Positions 27,732-40,215 of a stretch of 64,000 nucleotides of DNA are shown in pieces. Both the position numbers and the translations under genes were made by a program. This DNA comes from Eledone cirrhosa (taxonomy: Eukaryota). The DNA lies in the NCBI GenBank assembly GCA_964016885.1, contig OZ024743.1:115940001-116004000 (forward strand). Reading direction: 5' to 3'. How positions within the stretch are numbered: the stretch's first letter is position 1; every line of letters begins with the position of its first letter. The notes under the pieces are model-generated. The model worked only from the letters and a program-made list of their open reading frames with translations. It was not told where the DNA came from and ran no database searches.

Positions 27732-27912
27732 GTTTAAAATAGAGTGGAAAAGAAGGGAAAGACCACTTACCGTACTTTTCGTAGAGGAGGGATGGTTTTT
27801 ACATCCCTTTTCACTTGATCGTCTGGTGAAGGGACCGTTGAATCGTCCCTTCGGCTGGTCGTCGGCTCTTCTATGAGTATGTCCGAATATACTCTTCGAT
27901 TGATAGTTACTC

Positions 27913-29822
27913 CTAGGTCCCTGAAATCACCAACTGCGTTGGGGAATTTCGTTTTAATGTTTGTGTATTGTTTCTGGCTATTTTTAGCATTCTTATGTTA
28001 GTTGGCATTTTGATTGGTGCTGGTATTATGTAGTCGTGTTGTGAAATGTCTGTGTGTTCAATTATGTAAGTCATTAGTTTCTTGTTGTGTGTATTTATTG
28101 CCGTGCATTTGTTTTTCTGGAGGTGGGGCGTGGTTCTGCTATTTTTTTGTCGTTGTTGCTGGGTGTGTGTGTTTTGTTGTTGTGTTTGCGATGTTGGTGC
28201 TTGTGGTGGTGGTGTTGAAGGTGTTGTTAGCGGTGGGGTTGTCACCGGTGGTGATGGTGGTGCTAGTGTGGGTGGTGATGGTGTTGGTGGTGTTGCTGCT
28301 GTGAGTCTCTTTGCAGTAGACTTTACCCTTTTCTCATTTCTTTCCTCCCTTTTCAAAGGCGACGATGCGCTGCTTCTGCGTTTGTACCTTCTTACGACCT
28401 TTTGCCATCCCTCTCCCACCTCACACTCCATGTCTGATTCTGTGAGGTCGGGGAGGGGTACCAGCTCTACTCTTTCACTTGTTGTTGTTGGTGATTTTTG
28501 CACTGGAGTCTCTGTTGCAGCTGCATTTGGTATTGCTGTTGTTGTTGTTCATATTTCCACTGATGGTGCTGTTTTTGATTTCCGTGGCGTGGGTATGGGT
28601 GCCACGGACCTATCGTTCCTGGTTGCTGCTTCTCCTGTTGCTGGTAGCCGTGGAGCCGGTTTCGGAAGGAGGGGGGTTTTCTCCTTTCTCAGGGTCTTCT
28701 CGTTGCAGAAGGCCCTGAGGTGAGTCTTTGATCCACAGCGAAAGCATTTCGGGCGTTTGCCCTCAACACTTATGGGCAGTTGAGTGCCGTTATCGAAGTC
28801 TATCACATCCGGGATAGCTTCGATGCACTCCTGGTTGTTTTGGATTAGCATCTCAATGGAGGTGCCGACCCAATCTTCTCTTACTTTTTTCTGTACTTGC
28901 AGTACAGTTGTTTTGTCCTCGATTCCGACGAGGACAGACGCGGCCAGACAAGAAGGAGCCATACCGGGGGGAACGTGGGTCAGTTTGACCCTCACAATTT
29001 TTTGCCCGCAGTAAGAGGGCACCAACACCATTTCCTCGCTCCTTAGGATCACTACGGATTGAGCCTTTGCCTCGGGTGATGTGCGTTTTCCGCTGCCACA
29101 CAGACCCCAAGGCTTTTTTGTATTTGAGCCTCTGTGGCTCTTTCAACCCTACGGGATTGTGTACTTACTGTACGGTACGTGACCGTACAGTGCTGTTGGG
29201 TTTCGAAACATTTTTCTGCTGCCTTGCAGATTGCTCGGTGTCCAGTCTTTGTCACCATCTTCTTCGCTTCCTCTAATTCCTCATTTGTTATGAGGATTGT
29301 TTCCAGGTTTTTCGCAATACCTGCAAATGAGATTGGTTTTTCTTTGCTGCTGTTGTTGTTGTTGTCGTCAGAGCTGCTGTTACTTTTGTTGTTGCTGCAG
29401 GTACTACGACTACTGCCTCCGCCGCTGTTGCTGTGGTTGTTGTTGGTGTTGCTGCTGCTAATGCTGTTGTTGTTTATGCTGCTGGTGATGCTGTTACGGC
29501 TGATACTGTTGTTTTCATTGTCACTGTTGCTGTTGTTATTACGGCTGCTACTGCTATTATTCCTGACGTCAGACGAATGAAATGGGTTTTCGTATTTCCC
29601 GCACACATGATTCGTCGATGTCGTCGTGGTCGTGGAGAAACCTTGCACGCTTTGCACGAGACTTTTCTTTTTTGTCGTCGCTGGCGAAAGAGAAGGGAGG
29701 GAAAGAGACACATTTAAAGAAGGGAGGGAGAGAGACAATCTTCTCTCTGCTGTAGTGATGATTGAGGAAGAAGAAGACGGAATGAGTGGGTGTGACCTAT
29801 GGAAATTCTTTTTCGTAGCCAT
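27913..29822 (-). pseudogene. LINE ORF1 (gag-like) with frameshifts and an in-frame stop at ~28549
   Basis: KCFRCGSKTHLRAFC (Cx2Cx4Hx4C); N/S-rich and P/T-rich low-complexity segments; lies directly upstream of ORF2. Confidence 0.75.
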
Positions 29823-30040
29823 GTTGTTTTTTTGGTTTAAAATAAATATTGGGCACAAAACCCCAATAAGCAGTTATTTAACCCCGAAGGGCCAAATAAC
29901 GGGCAGAAAGACCCCTCTCACGAGGAGGAGGGTGTTTTTGTCTACAAGTTCGTTAAAGTTTTAAACAATTTACAATTGTTATAGCGTTCAAAATTTACAA
30001 TACCTTACAGAGCCGAGCCTCCGTCAACAATAGCATTCAA

Positions 30041-32866
30041 TAATAATAATAATAATAATGATTTCTTTGTTCACCACAAGGGTTTACATAAAGTAGACAT
30101 TAAGGACAGTTCAGGACAATACAGGACGGTACAAATGGGCATTTTTGCGTGTAAAAAACAAAAACAGAGGATGTAACAAAAAATGACAATGAAAAAATCC
30201 CCAATAGGGGGAGACTTCGGAGGGACATTTGTGGAGAAAGCCCAGTAAAAGGTCACAGTGACCTTGACCACCAAGGCAACTGCCCTCTCCCAGTTTTCCA
30301 CCTTTAGTTTACAGCTACATACTCAGAGTAGGCCCATTCACTCGGGCCATTCTTGTTTCTCTCACCCATCTTTCAACAAAATGCTGGGAATAGAGCACTT
30401 CCCTCTCTACACTTATTTTCCTTTTCAAATGAAATCTGAAAAAGTCAATCAGGGCATCACCGAAGAGGTAAGTGCTCGTCTTCAGTCCTTTCAAACGTGT
30501 CCACCATACTATCTCTTTCGCCATGGTCACCAGACAGATAAAAACTGCCTGCCATTCCCGGCTAAATGAAGAGGGCGGGGCAATTCACTTGATGAACTCT
30601 GATGATCGCCGGATCCGTCCTACACGCGACAGCAGGTGTTCGATATAAACCCACAAGACAGCAATTTTCGGACACTGGACGAGTACGTGCAGGACGGTTT
30701 CGTCGCCCTGTGCGCATCTCGGACATGCCCGGCTGACGGCACCTCCATGCCTGTAGAGTTTATCCCGAACTGGTAAGGCTCCTCGGTAGCACTGCCAGGC
30801 CAGAGATTTCTGGAAGTTGTCCATAGGCCCTGGCCCAAAAGTCCTTCCGAAGAGATTGGCTAGTTAATTTTCGTCGACGCCTAGAGTTTCCCCAAGTACG
30901 TCGTCGCTCTTCCCCTCCACTAATCCTCTATAGAACGCCGAGGTGGAGTTTCCACCGATCACATTGCCCGATTGGTAGAGGGCTGTTAGCGCCTGAATAC
31001 ATTCCAGTGTAAAGGCGCTCCCTCTCGGTCTTCGCTTGACCCAGGACTGCAGCTCCGTCAAGGAAACGAGCTGGGGAAATACGTGTCTAGCAAACGGCGA
31101 CCACACCTGATGACCGTCGAGGAAGAGGTGGAGATGTCGTAGCCTGAGCGCGTGTCTGCGAATCATCAGCCACGGCATGCCCAGCCCTCCACGTAGCGGG
31201 TGTTGACAACAGATGGAACACCTGACCATCGGAGCGCGTCCCTTCCACAAAAAGCGAAAGAGCAAACGTTCCAGCGCAGTCAGGCGGGGCTTAGGACAAG
31301 GTATGACGGTCAGGCGGTAGCAGATGACAGACGCGATGTACGCGTTATCAAAATCCGATCGACCTTTCAGGGATAGCTTCCTCTCCTCTAATTTCTGGGT
31401 GAGAGAAGCCACCCTGCTCGTCACCTCGTCCCAGTTTTTGTCCGTCTGGAGGTCCGGACCGAACCAGACCACTAGCAATTTAACCGGTTCGTCCGTCCAG
31501 CGTCCGTCGACGCTGTTGGACGGCGTGGACCTGTCTCTCCAGGTGCCGAGCTGCAGGCCCACTGACTTTTCCTGGTTGATCATTGCTCCTGTCACCGCTT
31601 CGTATTCTCTTAGTGTAGTGCCGATCGCCTCGATTTTTTTTTTGCGTTCGACACTACTACGGTGACATCGTCCGCATATGCCTCTCCCACTAGACCACAA
31701 ACGACAAGCGCCAACCTCTTTGCTAACACCTTGGCCAAAATCTTGAATTCTGTGTTCAGCAGAGTTATGGGCCGGAAATTATCTATGTTATGCCCGTTGT
31801 TCGGATCCTTTCTCAGCAGTGCCACCGCTAATCGGCTCACAGAACTGGGAATTCTCCCGTTTTGTTGTCAGTTGCAGTAGACGTCCGCTAAGAGGCCTCC
31901 GAACAAGTATGGCATCTGTACGTAAAGTTCATAGGGCAGACCATCCAAACCAGGCGATTTAGCCCTTGTGCAGCCGGTCATTGCCTCCCGTACTTCAGCG
32001 GCTGTTATCGGCTTTTCGCAACACTCCGCATCAGTGGCCGAGAGCCGCGGCAGTCCGTCGAGGCAGACACTAAAGTCCATCCCTCGACCCGGCCCACCGC
32101 TGGCCCCGAACAGCTGAGCGAAGTGTCGCTGAAAAGCTTCACACACTTTCCCGGGGTCGAGTAGCATGCGCCCGTCGTGGCCCATTGAACGGCTTTCGTC
32201 CCCTCGTGTCTGAGAGCACGCACACTAGCTCTGACAACGCAGCCTTCGTGCTTTGCATTGACGAATTGGTCAAGGGCCAATTTCGCCGCAAGTACGTCGG
32301 TCGCGATGCCTTTGCTAATCGCCTCGTCTAATTTTTTAACTAGTTCTCCCTCTGCTCTATTTTTCTCTATTGCTAAAGCCTTACTAAACCTAATGGACTC
32401 TATTCTAATCGCTCTTTTCAGAGCAAACCACCACTTGTTGTTGACGATGGCCCCCGTCAACGCCCGCTTAACTAGTTCGTTAATCCGGTCTCTGAAGCCC
32501 TTGCGCGCTGGTAAGGACGCGTTTAGCTTCCAGTAGCCGGGTCCTCGTCTATGAAGCCGATCTAGCTCAAGCACATATATCACGAATTTGTGGTCCGTGT
32601 AGCTGACTATCTTGAATTGTGGACAGCCTATGCTAGACTTATCTATTTCCCTACAAAATACTCTATCTAGATATGATCTGGATGACCCTATGCGATTTGT
32701 CCAAGTCCACATTGACACATTCGGGAAATACAATCGGTACCTGTCAGACAGTTCGAAACGCCTGAGAAGGTAGGTGAGGCTCTTGCACACTCCTCCCCTA
32801 TCCGCTAATCCCACACAGTCCCAGCGTACATCTAAGATCCCGTTCCAGTCGCCCACTAACACTAAC
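30041..32866 (-). mobile_element. Second copy of the same LINE, 5'-truncated and internally deleted
   Basis: Colinear with ~24060-27323, with deletions at ~31681 and ~32180; (AAT)n at the 3' end. Confidence 0.92.
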
Positions 32867-33564
32867 GTACAGTACAGACGTACAGTAGTATGTATATATA
32901 TATATACATACATGCACATATATATATATATATGTACGTATGGATTCACCGAACATTTATTATAATGCTCGGTGTGTTTGTAAACAAACATCCCGTATTA
33001 AGCCGTAGTATCTAACAACCATCGTTGCTCGTTTGTTGAACAACGATGGTTGCTAGACACTACGGCTTAATACGGGATGTTTGTTTACAAATACACCGAG
33101 CATTATAATAAATGTTCGGTGAATCCATACGTACATATATATATGTGTGCATGTATGTATATATATATATACATACTACTGTACGTCTGTATACATATAT
33201 GTATATACGTGTACATACTTATATTTAAGTAACAGCCGTACTAAGAGAGGGAAATGAAATTTCGTTCCATTTTTTCCGTTTATCGTTTTCGGTGCACCCT
33301 GCCGATTAACCCACTCGACATGCAAATTGGGCTACCTAGCCGTTAATATGCATAAGGTAAGTATATACGTTCAACATCTGGCAGGAAGGTATACGTTGCT
33401 GACGATAGCTAACAAGCTTGAAACTAGTACAGCGTTCCTTTGTCAGTGTTGAACAAACGAGCAACGATGGTTGCTAGACACCACGGCTTAATACGGGATG
33501 TTTGTTTACAAACACACCGAGCATTATAATAAATGTTCGGTGAATCTATACGTACATATATATA

Positions 33565-33602
<38 letters not shown>

Positions 33603-33655
33603 CTACTGTACGTATGTATACATATATGTATGGACGTGTACATACTTATATATAT
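32867..33655 (+). mobile_element. Family-D-related HHR element: inverted arm plus partial tandem
   Basis: ~32870-33038 is inverted relative to ~33040-33195. ~33040-33225 is repeated at ~33450-33655. Confidence 0.8.
33393..33435 (+). ncRNA. Minimal hammerhead ribozyme (family D variant)
   Basis: acgttg-CTGACGA-tagctaacaagctt-GAAAC-ta-GTA-cagcgt. Confidence 0.82.
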
Positions 33656-33931
33656 ACTTACATAAATACATACCGGATGATTTCGTACGAAACAGTTCTA
33701 GTAGTGTAGAAGCCACATATATATTAAATAATAATGTTTTCGCTGTCCTAACGCATTGACTACCTTTTTAACTGTAGTTACTACCAATTTCACACACCAT
33801 CGCTCTCTCCCTCTCTCTTTCTTTCTCACTCTCTCTCTCTTTATATATATATATATGCACACGCGCACACATGCACATGTGTGTATGTATATAAATATAT
33901 ATATATGTATATGTGTGTGTGTGTGTGTGTG

Positions 33932-34058
33932 TTTAATATAGAAATGGTTTCTCCTGGACTAGAAATGTTTCATTCAAAAGAAATCATCTGAGCTTTCCTA
34001 ATTCTTTCTTTTGAATGAAACAGGTCTAATCCTGTAGAAACAATTTCTATATTGAATA
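33932..34058. mobile_element. Short foldback element (family B); a further fragment lies at ~33672-33730
   Basis: ttaatatagaaatgg...tttctatattgaa arms; gaaacagg tctaat cctgta gaa. Confidence 0.65.
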
Positions 34059-34428
34059 CGATTTGTGTACGTTACCAACTGAACCATGTGCTCACCTCAC
34101 CCTGCCCCTCACACACACAAACACACACACACACACACACATGTATATATATATACGCATTAAAGACAAAATATCTCGCCCAGTGCGTTCAATAACTAAG
34201 GTGAGTTATTGGGGGAAAAAGGAGGGCGAGAAATAAAATATAGGATAACAGAAGGGAAAAAGAGAAAAGAGAAAAGAGAAAAACAGCGAAAAAACGGGAA
34301 ACAACAAGCCGATGAGTATGTGAGCAACTCTGAAGGAAAACTTTCTCCGTTTCACGCTTTTTTCTTATTTTTAAGTATACCTTATACAGCAACTGCATAG
34401 CCTCCTCTCTTCTTCATATAATCTCTCC

Positions 34429-34561
<133 letters not shown>

Positions 34562-34571
34562 AGATATATTG

Positions 34572-34603
<32 letters not shown>

Positions 34604-34609
34604 AGATAT

Positions 34610-34640
<31 letters not shown>

Positions 34641-34644
<4 letters not shown>

Positions 34645-35167
34645 TAAAAAAATGTTCGCTCTACATCGCGAAATGTAATGTGAGTTTTTCGAATATTAAT
34701 AATAACATTCTATTCGTTTGCAATTATGCAAACAAGTCTCATTTTAATGCCATGTCAATAGAATGAACCATTCTTTCTTGCTCTTGTGTTGGCATGTAAA
34801 CAGATCTGCAGACACTAATGTTTCTGGGTATCACCCTTCATCAGCTCAGTTCACTGTTCACCTGCCAACAGTCAGAGCTAGTGAAAATATATACTCTTTT
34901 CAAAAATATACAGTGACTGATCGGCTTGATTCGCATACAGTTTCCTGTATAAGAGCGATAAATGGCCGGCTTTGTTACATTCAAAATCAAAATAAAAAAT
35001 TGTTTGCTCTACATGGCTGAATAAAATAAATGTAATCTGAGTTTTTCGAATATTAATAAAAACATTCGATTCGTTTGCAATTACGCAAACAAGCCTCATT
35101 TTTAAAGCCATGTCAGTAGAATTGCAAACGAATCGAATGTGATTATTAATATTCGAAAAGTCAGATT

Positions 35168-35170
<3 letters not shown>
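34641..35170 (-). mobile_element. Non-autonomous HHR element (family F): terminal direct repeat plus short inverted arm
   Basis: ~34641-34763 is repeated at ~34989-35121. 35121-35170 is inverted. Microsatellite flanks. Confidence 0.72.
34806..34849 (-). ncRNA. Type I hammerhead motif (family F)
   Basis: Reverse complement reads ctgag-CTGATGA-a gggt gat accc a-GAAAC-attagt-GTC-tgcag. Confidence 0.65.
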
Positions 35171-35242
<72 letters not shown>

Positions 35243-36059
35243 TATATAGAGGATATGCATATATTTCTTTTGGTTCCTACATAAATGCTTCTGAAACCCT
35301 TGCATTTCAATCTTCCTGAAAGCTTCAGAGCTTTTGTCTGCAGATGACTTTTGATAATACTCATAACATAGTGTAGTGTATTCCTTTGTTTATTTAAGAA
35401 GCAGCGGACATTTCATTCATGTTCTTTCTACTTCACGACAATCCATATTTATATTCATGAAGCAGGTTTTATCCAATATCATTATTACGGCATCTTTCTA
35501 TACTTTTAAAGAACAAATACCGATCACTGAAGACAATGTAAGTCTTTTCTTTCTCTTGGTTTTTGTCCTATGTACTATCGTAGTAACGCACATATTCATT
35601 TCTAGAGAAAAACCTATAATTATATACACGCACAACAAAGAACAAGTTTCCAAAGTTTTCTAATAAAACAAGCTATAGAAATCTCTACAGAATTCCAAGT
35701 AAAAACAAAAATCAACAGTATTGTACATACCGACATGTTGCCCATTGTCTTGTCAACGAGAACAGTACGTTTCTTGATAGTTATGAATCTAATTAATTAT
35801 CTTTATTTCGTAATACTTTCTTTAATAACTGCTTTCAAATGATGGAAACTTTTGAATATATTCCTGTTAAAAGTTCTACGTCAGTATTGAAATGTACAGT
35901 CAGGATTTTTTTGTATAAATTCAGTGCGTTATTATAGGTATGTACCAAATCAAACTTCCTTTTCGTGCGATAGTTGCTTACATTGCTTGTCCAACAATCA
36001 AATGAGTGTTTATAATGTTTGTTTCTATTCTGTTATATATTAACCAGTTTATTCTAAAT

Positions 36060-36480
36060 AATGATTTCTACTTTAGGCAAAAGGTCAACTATTTGGGGGA
36101 AAGGGATTGTCGATTACACCAACCCACTTATTTACTTGTTCTTCATTTTAAAGTTGACTTAGAGCGGATTTGAACTAAGAACGTAGAAAATCATACCTAA
36201 ATAAATGCAAAGCATTTTATCCGACGCTCTAACGACTCTACTTATCAACTGACCATTTAATTATGTCTCATTTAAGCGCAAGGGCAGCGTTTTAGTTGTG
36301 GAAGAAGTGAAACGTTAGTTATATCAACCCCAGTACTTGACAAGTACTTTATGTTATCGATATCTTATTGACAAAAGTGAAAGTTGACCTCGGCAAAATT
36401 TAAACTCAAGAAGTAAAGACTCAGGCAATACTTCTAAGCATTTCTTCGATCTTCTAACAAAACTGCTAACAGGCCACCAA
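36060..36480 (-). mobile_element. Two tandem diverged SINE copies
   Basis: aatgatttctactttaggcaaaagg, ggatttgaactaagaacg, aaagttgacctcggc. Confidence 0.65.
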
Positions 36481-36799
36481 TAACTTTGATTATATATTTA
36501 CTGGATTTTTTCCTATATTTCTAATCATAATCACAATTTTGACAGGTATTTCCCTCAATTCATCACAGGTTAATAAACTATAAAGTATATTTGCTCTACC
36601 TGCTAGAAATTGATGCAAGGTTTCCCTCAACTAACTGACTATGTTACATGAGGGAAGAACTCATTAGATCTTCAAACAATACCGTATTTAATGAAGATGC
36701 GTGGCTTAGAGGTTAGAGTGTTCAAATCCCAATCGAAGGGAATGCGTTCGAAAAAGGGAATAACTCATTCCATACTATAGCCATGTTTCATCTAAGGAA

Positions 36800-37050
36800 G
36801 ATGAGTGGTTTAATGGTTAGAGTGTTCAACTCACAATTACAGGTCTTGCCTCGATTCCCAGACCGGACGGTGTTTTTTGTCCGTTTAGGTGGCAAAAAAA
36901 TGACTTCTACTTGTAATGATACAGGTCCGGTTTTTCACATATTGTGTCACGCTGAATCTTCTTAGGAACTACGTTAAGGATACACGTGTCTGTGGAATGT
37001 TAATTTCACAAGCATTTAGATTTATTGATTGAATCAACTGGAACCTTCTT
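36800..37050 (+). mobile_element. Possible other tRNA-derived SINE; related head at ~36698-36752
   Basis: gtggtttaatggttagagtgttc...tcgattccc, an A/B-box-like head. Confidence 0.4.
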
Positions 37051-38111
37051 CAAAGACAACAGCACATCAGCATATCAACAGTGTTATGGAAATAATATCT
37101 TTGATTATATATCTCATCGATGACTGCTGCCATCCTTGGGGAATCAAATGCAACCTCCCATTCTCACCTAATTCGGATTTTCAACTGAGATCTCATTTGT
37201 TTGTATCAACCTGTATCTTCACAAATATACTTTACTTTATTCATTATTAGTCTACGACATGAATTAATAACTATACATGGACAGTTGCAAGCTAATCAGT
37301 ACCATTGATTACAGTAATTGTTATTGAAGTTTTCAGTAGTTGATATGAATGAGATAAGAAGATCTGAAATTACTGATTTTGTATTCATATTTCAATATAT
37401 ATAGAGATGTCCGTTAAGCCTTTCCTTAATCTTTTTCACTATCTGTGAAACATTTCTTCCTTGACATGCCCTAGCTTATCTACAGATAATAAATGCATTT
37501 TCTTTCCGCTTTTGTCGATCTTTCACAATCTATTATGCTGATAAGGCTGATAAATGACTTTGTCCTTCATCTAATAATAAGAGCTTCCTAAACAACTACG
37601 TAAAGAATGTAGAACGATTTACCTTTCATGATAGTATTATTTCCATGATTCACATTGAATCGATATATTATGTCTGTGTTGCTTCGGTTTCTAGATGAAC
37701 TTTTCAATCAGATCAGTCATTTCATTTTTGATCTGATTAAAGGCTTCGTTTTTGTAGAGAACAACCATTCCTGTATGGCATTATCAATATTTTGCAACTA
37801 ATACGATGAATGGAGGAGAAAAACAAATTGATACACACGATATGAATCTATTGTTCAAGTAATTGTCTTTCAATTTAAATTATTTTGACATTACTTTTAC
37901 TAATCACTTATAATGTGGTGCATCGCTCTTTATATCTGTATGACTGTCTGTATGTATCTATGCATGGGATTGGCTCAGTGCACAGTCTTTCCCCAATTAA
38001 AAAAATATCTTCATGCATATGCATTGCACGATAGAATTAATTAATAATTATTAATAATGGTATAAACGTGCAATGGCCATACTCGATAACGAGGGGGAAG
38101 CCATCATGTAT

Positions 38112-38210
<99 letters not shown>

Positions 38211-38241
38211 TGTGTATATATATATGTGTGTCTATGTGTGC

Positions 38242-38382
<141 letters not shown>

Positions 38383-38411
38383 CATACATATATTTATACA
38401 TACACACACAC

Positions 38412-38450
<39 letters not shown>

Positions 38451-38454
<4 letters not shown>

Positions 38455-39032
38455 CTCGAAACCGTTTCAGTAAAGGTCACCATAGTAAGTACAGTGAATT
38501 TTTTGAAATTTATTTTTAAACTTTTTCTTATTTGCTAAACCTTGATTATATATGTTCTGGCTCGTTAATTTATTAACCTGCCATAGAACCACATTGGCAT
38601 ATGGTTGGAAAATACATGTGCCCCTATATGTTTCTTGCGTGTAGGGATATATAGTTTATTCTTATTAATCTCCCCCTGGTCGAGATAAAATGTGGTCGTT
38701 TTCACTGCTGCTAATTATAGTGGTAGTAGATTGACATCACTGCCTCTGTCTTCTATATTTGCATAGGGCACTGGAAAGAATTGCTTCCACAACATTCATT
38801 CTCATCTCTGAACAATTTTGAATAGCGCCAGTTCGTAATTCGAACTCGGGAATTTTATATTCTCCGAGTGAAAAGAACCTTCTGACGAGAGTTTATCTTT
38901 TCAATGGAGGCTCGCAAGGACTCTCCATTTATTTTTGAGACTCGAAGCCGTTTCGGTAAAGGTAACCATAGTAAGTACAGTGAATTTTTGAAATTTAGTT
39001 TAAAACTTTTTTCTTATTAGCTAAACCATGAT
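38451..39032 (+). mobile_element. Non-autonomous HHR element (family G) with ~95-bp terminal direct repeats
   Basis: 38451-38547 is repeated at 38937-39032; flanked by microsatellites. Confidence 0.8.
38877..38963 (+). ncRNA. Type I hammerhead (family G)
   Basis: acctt-CTGACGA-gagttt...agactc-GAAGC (GAAAC in the upstream repeat)-cg ttt cg-GTA-aaggt. Confidence 0.75.
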
Positions 39033-39039
39033 ATATATA

Positions 39040-39130
<91 letters not shown>

Positions 39131-39170
39131 GATATTAAATAAATGGAAACTATATTTATAAAACCTTATT

Positions 39171-39235
39171 TATTTCATTATACATATTTCAGGGATACCA
39201 AATTAAAATATGGTATGCCTTCATCAGACAAAATA
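39171..39235 (-). ncRNA. Hammerhead ribozyme in the inverted arm
   Basis: Reverse complement of 43825-43889. Confidence 0.78.
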
Positions 39236-40215
39236 CAATATATAAACAGTTTTATAAATAATTTTGACGTACCCTATTAGATGCGACCATTATTTTTGGA
39301 AGCTGTCTGGATAGTAAGATGTTTATAATTATTTTATTAGTTATAGTGTTAAGCACAGTTAGAAAAAAGACGGAGAGAAAGAAAAAACGGAGAGAGAGAA
39401 GGAGAGAGAAAAAAAAGGAGAGAGAGAAAAGGAATGTATGCAGAAAAGAAAGATATATATAAAAATAGATAGGAGGAAATGAAAAAGAAAGAAAAAAGAA
39501 AAAAGAAAGAAATAAGAAAGACAAAAGAAAGCAACAGAGAGATAATAATTCCTCATACAGATAGAGAAACTCAAGAGAGAGGAAGTAGTATATAGAGAGA
39601 GGAGGATATAGTGACAACTTTACGTCATGTCATATTAAGTTGAATTAACAATTCATATGAAATGAATAATAAAAATGTAAATATCAATATTCATGATTGA
39701 GACATAGATATATAATATGAGAAAATAACATTGTTCAATAATGACCATATGTTTAGTTTAAAACCTTGAGGTCAATATACCAAAATCTGAGTTAAAACCT
39801 TCAAAAAATACCCTATTTATAAAAATACGGATACACATATGTATATATATATACACGCATATGTACGTTCAGAAAAAAGAGAAAAATTATGTCTACTCCA
39901 GTCAATAATATAGACATACAAATGATTTCACTTGATCACTTCTATACATTTCTTGTGTTATAAAAATTTCACAGTATATATACATAAAAATACGATTAAT
40001 ATTCATGTCCTCATATACATGAATACCGTTCATGTATTTAATATTATGCATATCTGCAACACACATCAAGATATACACACACAACCATACATACACACAC
40101 ATATATGTATAAATAAATATCTGCGTGAGTTTTCCAGCATCGTTATGCATATATACAGACATATATACGAACACATAAATAAACTCTATAAACCTCTTAT
40201 ATGCATGTTAATACA

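Larger units (their letters stand above)
24042..30040 (-). mobile_element. Probably full-length L1/Tx1-clade non-LTR retrotransposon, disabled
   Basis: ORF1 with CCHC knuckle; ORF2 with APE, RT and C-terminal zinc finger; (AAT)n at both ends. Confidence 0.9.

Noticed and set aside
28014-29964. Plus-strand ORFs over LINE ORF1
   Set aside because: Antisense shadows of low-complexity trinucleotide-rich sequence
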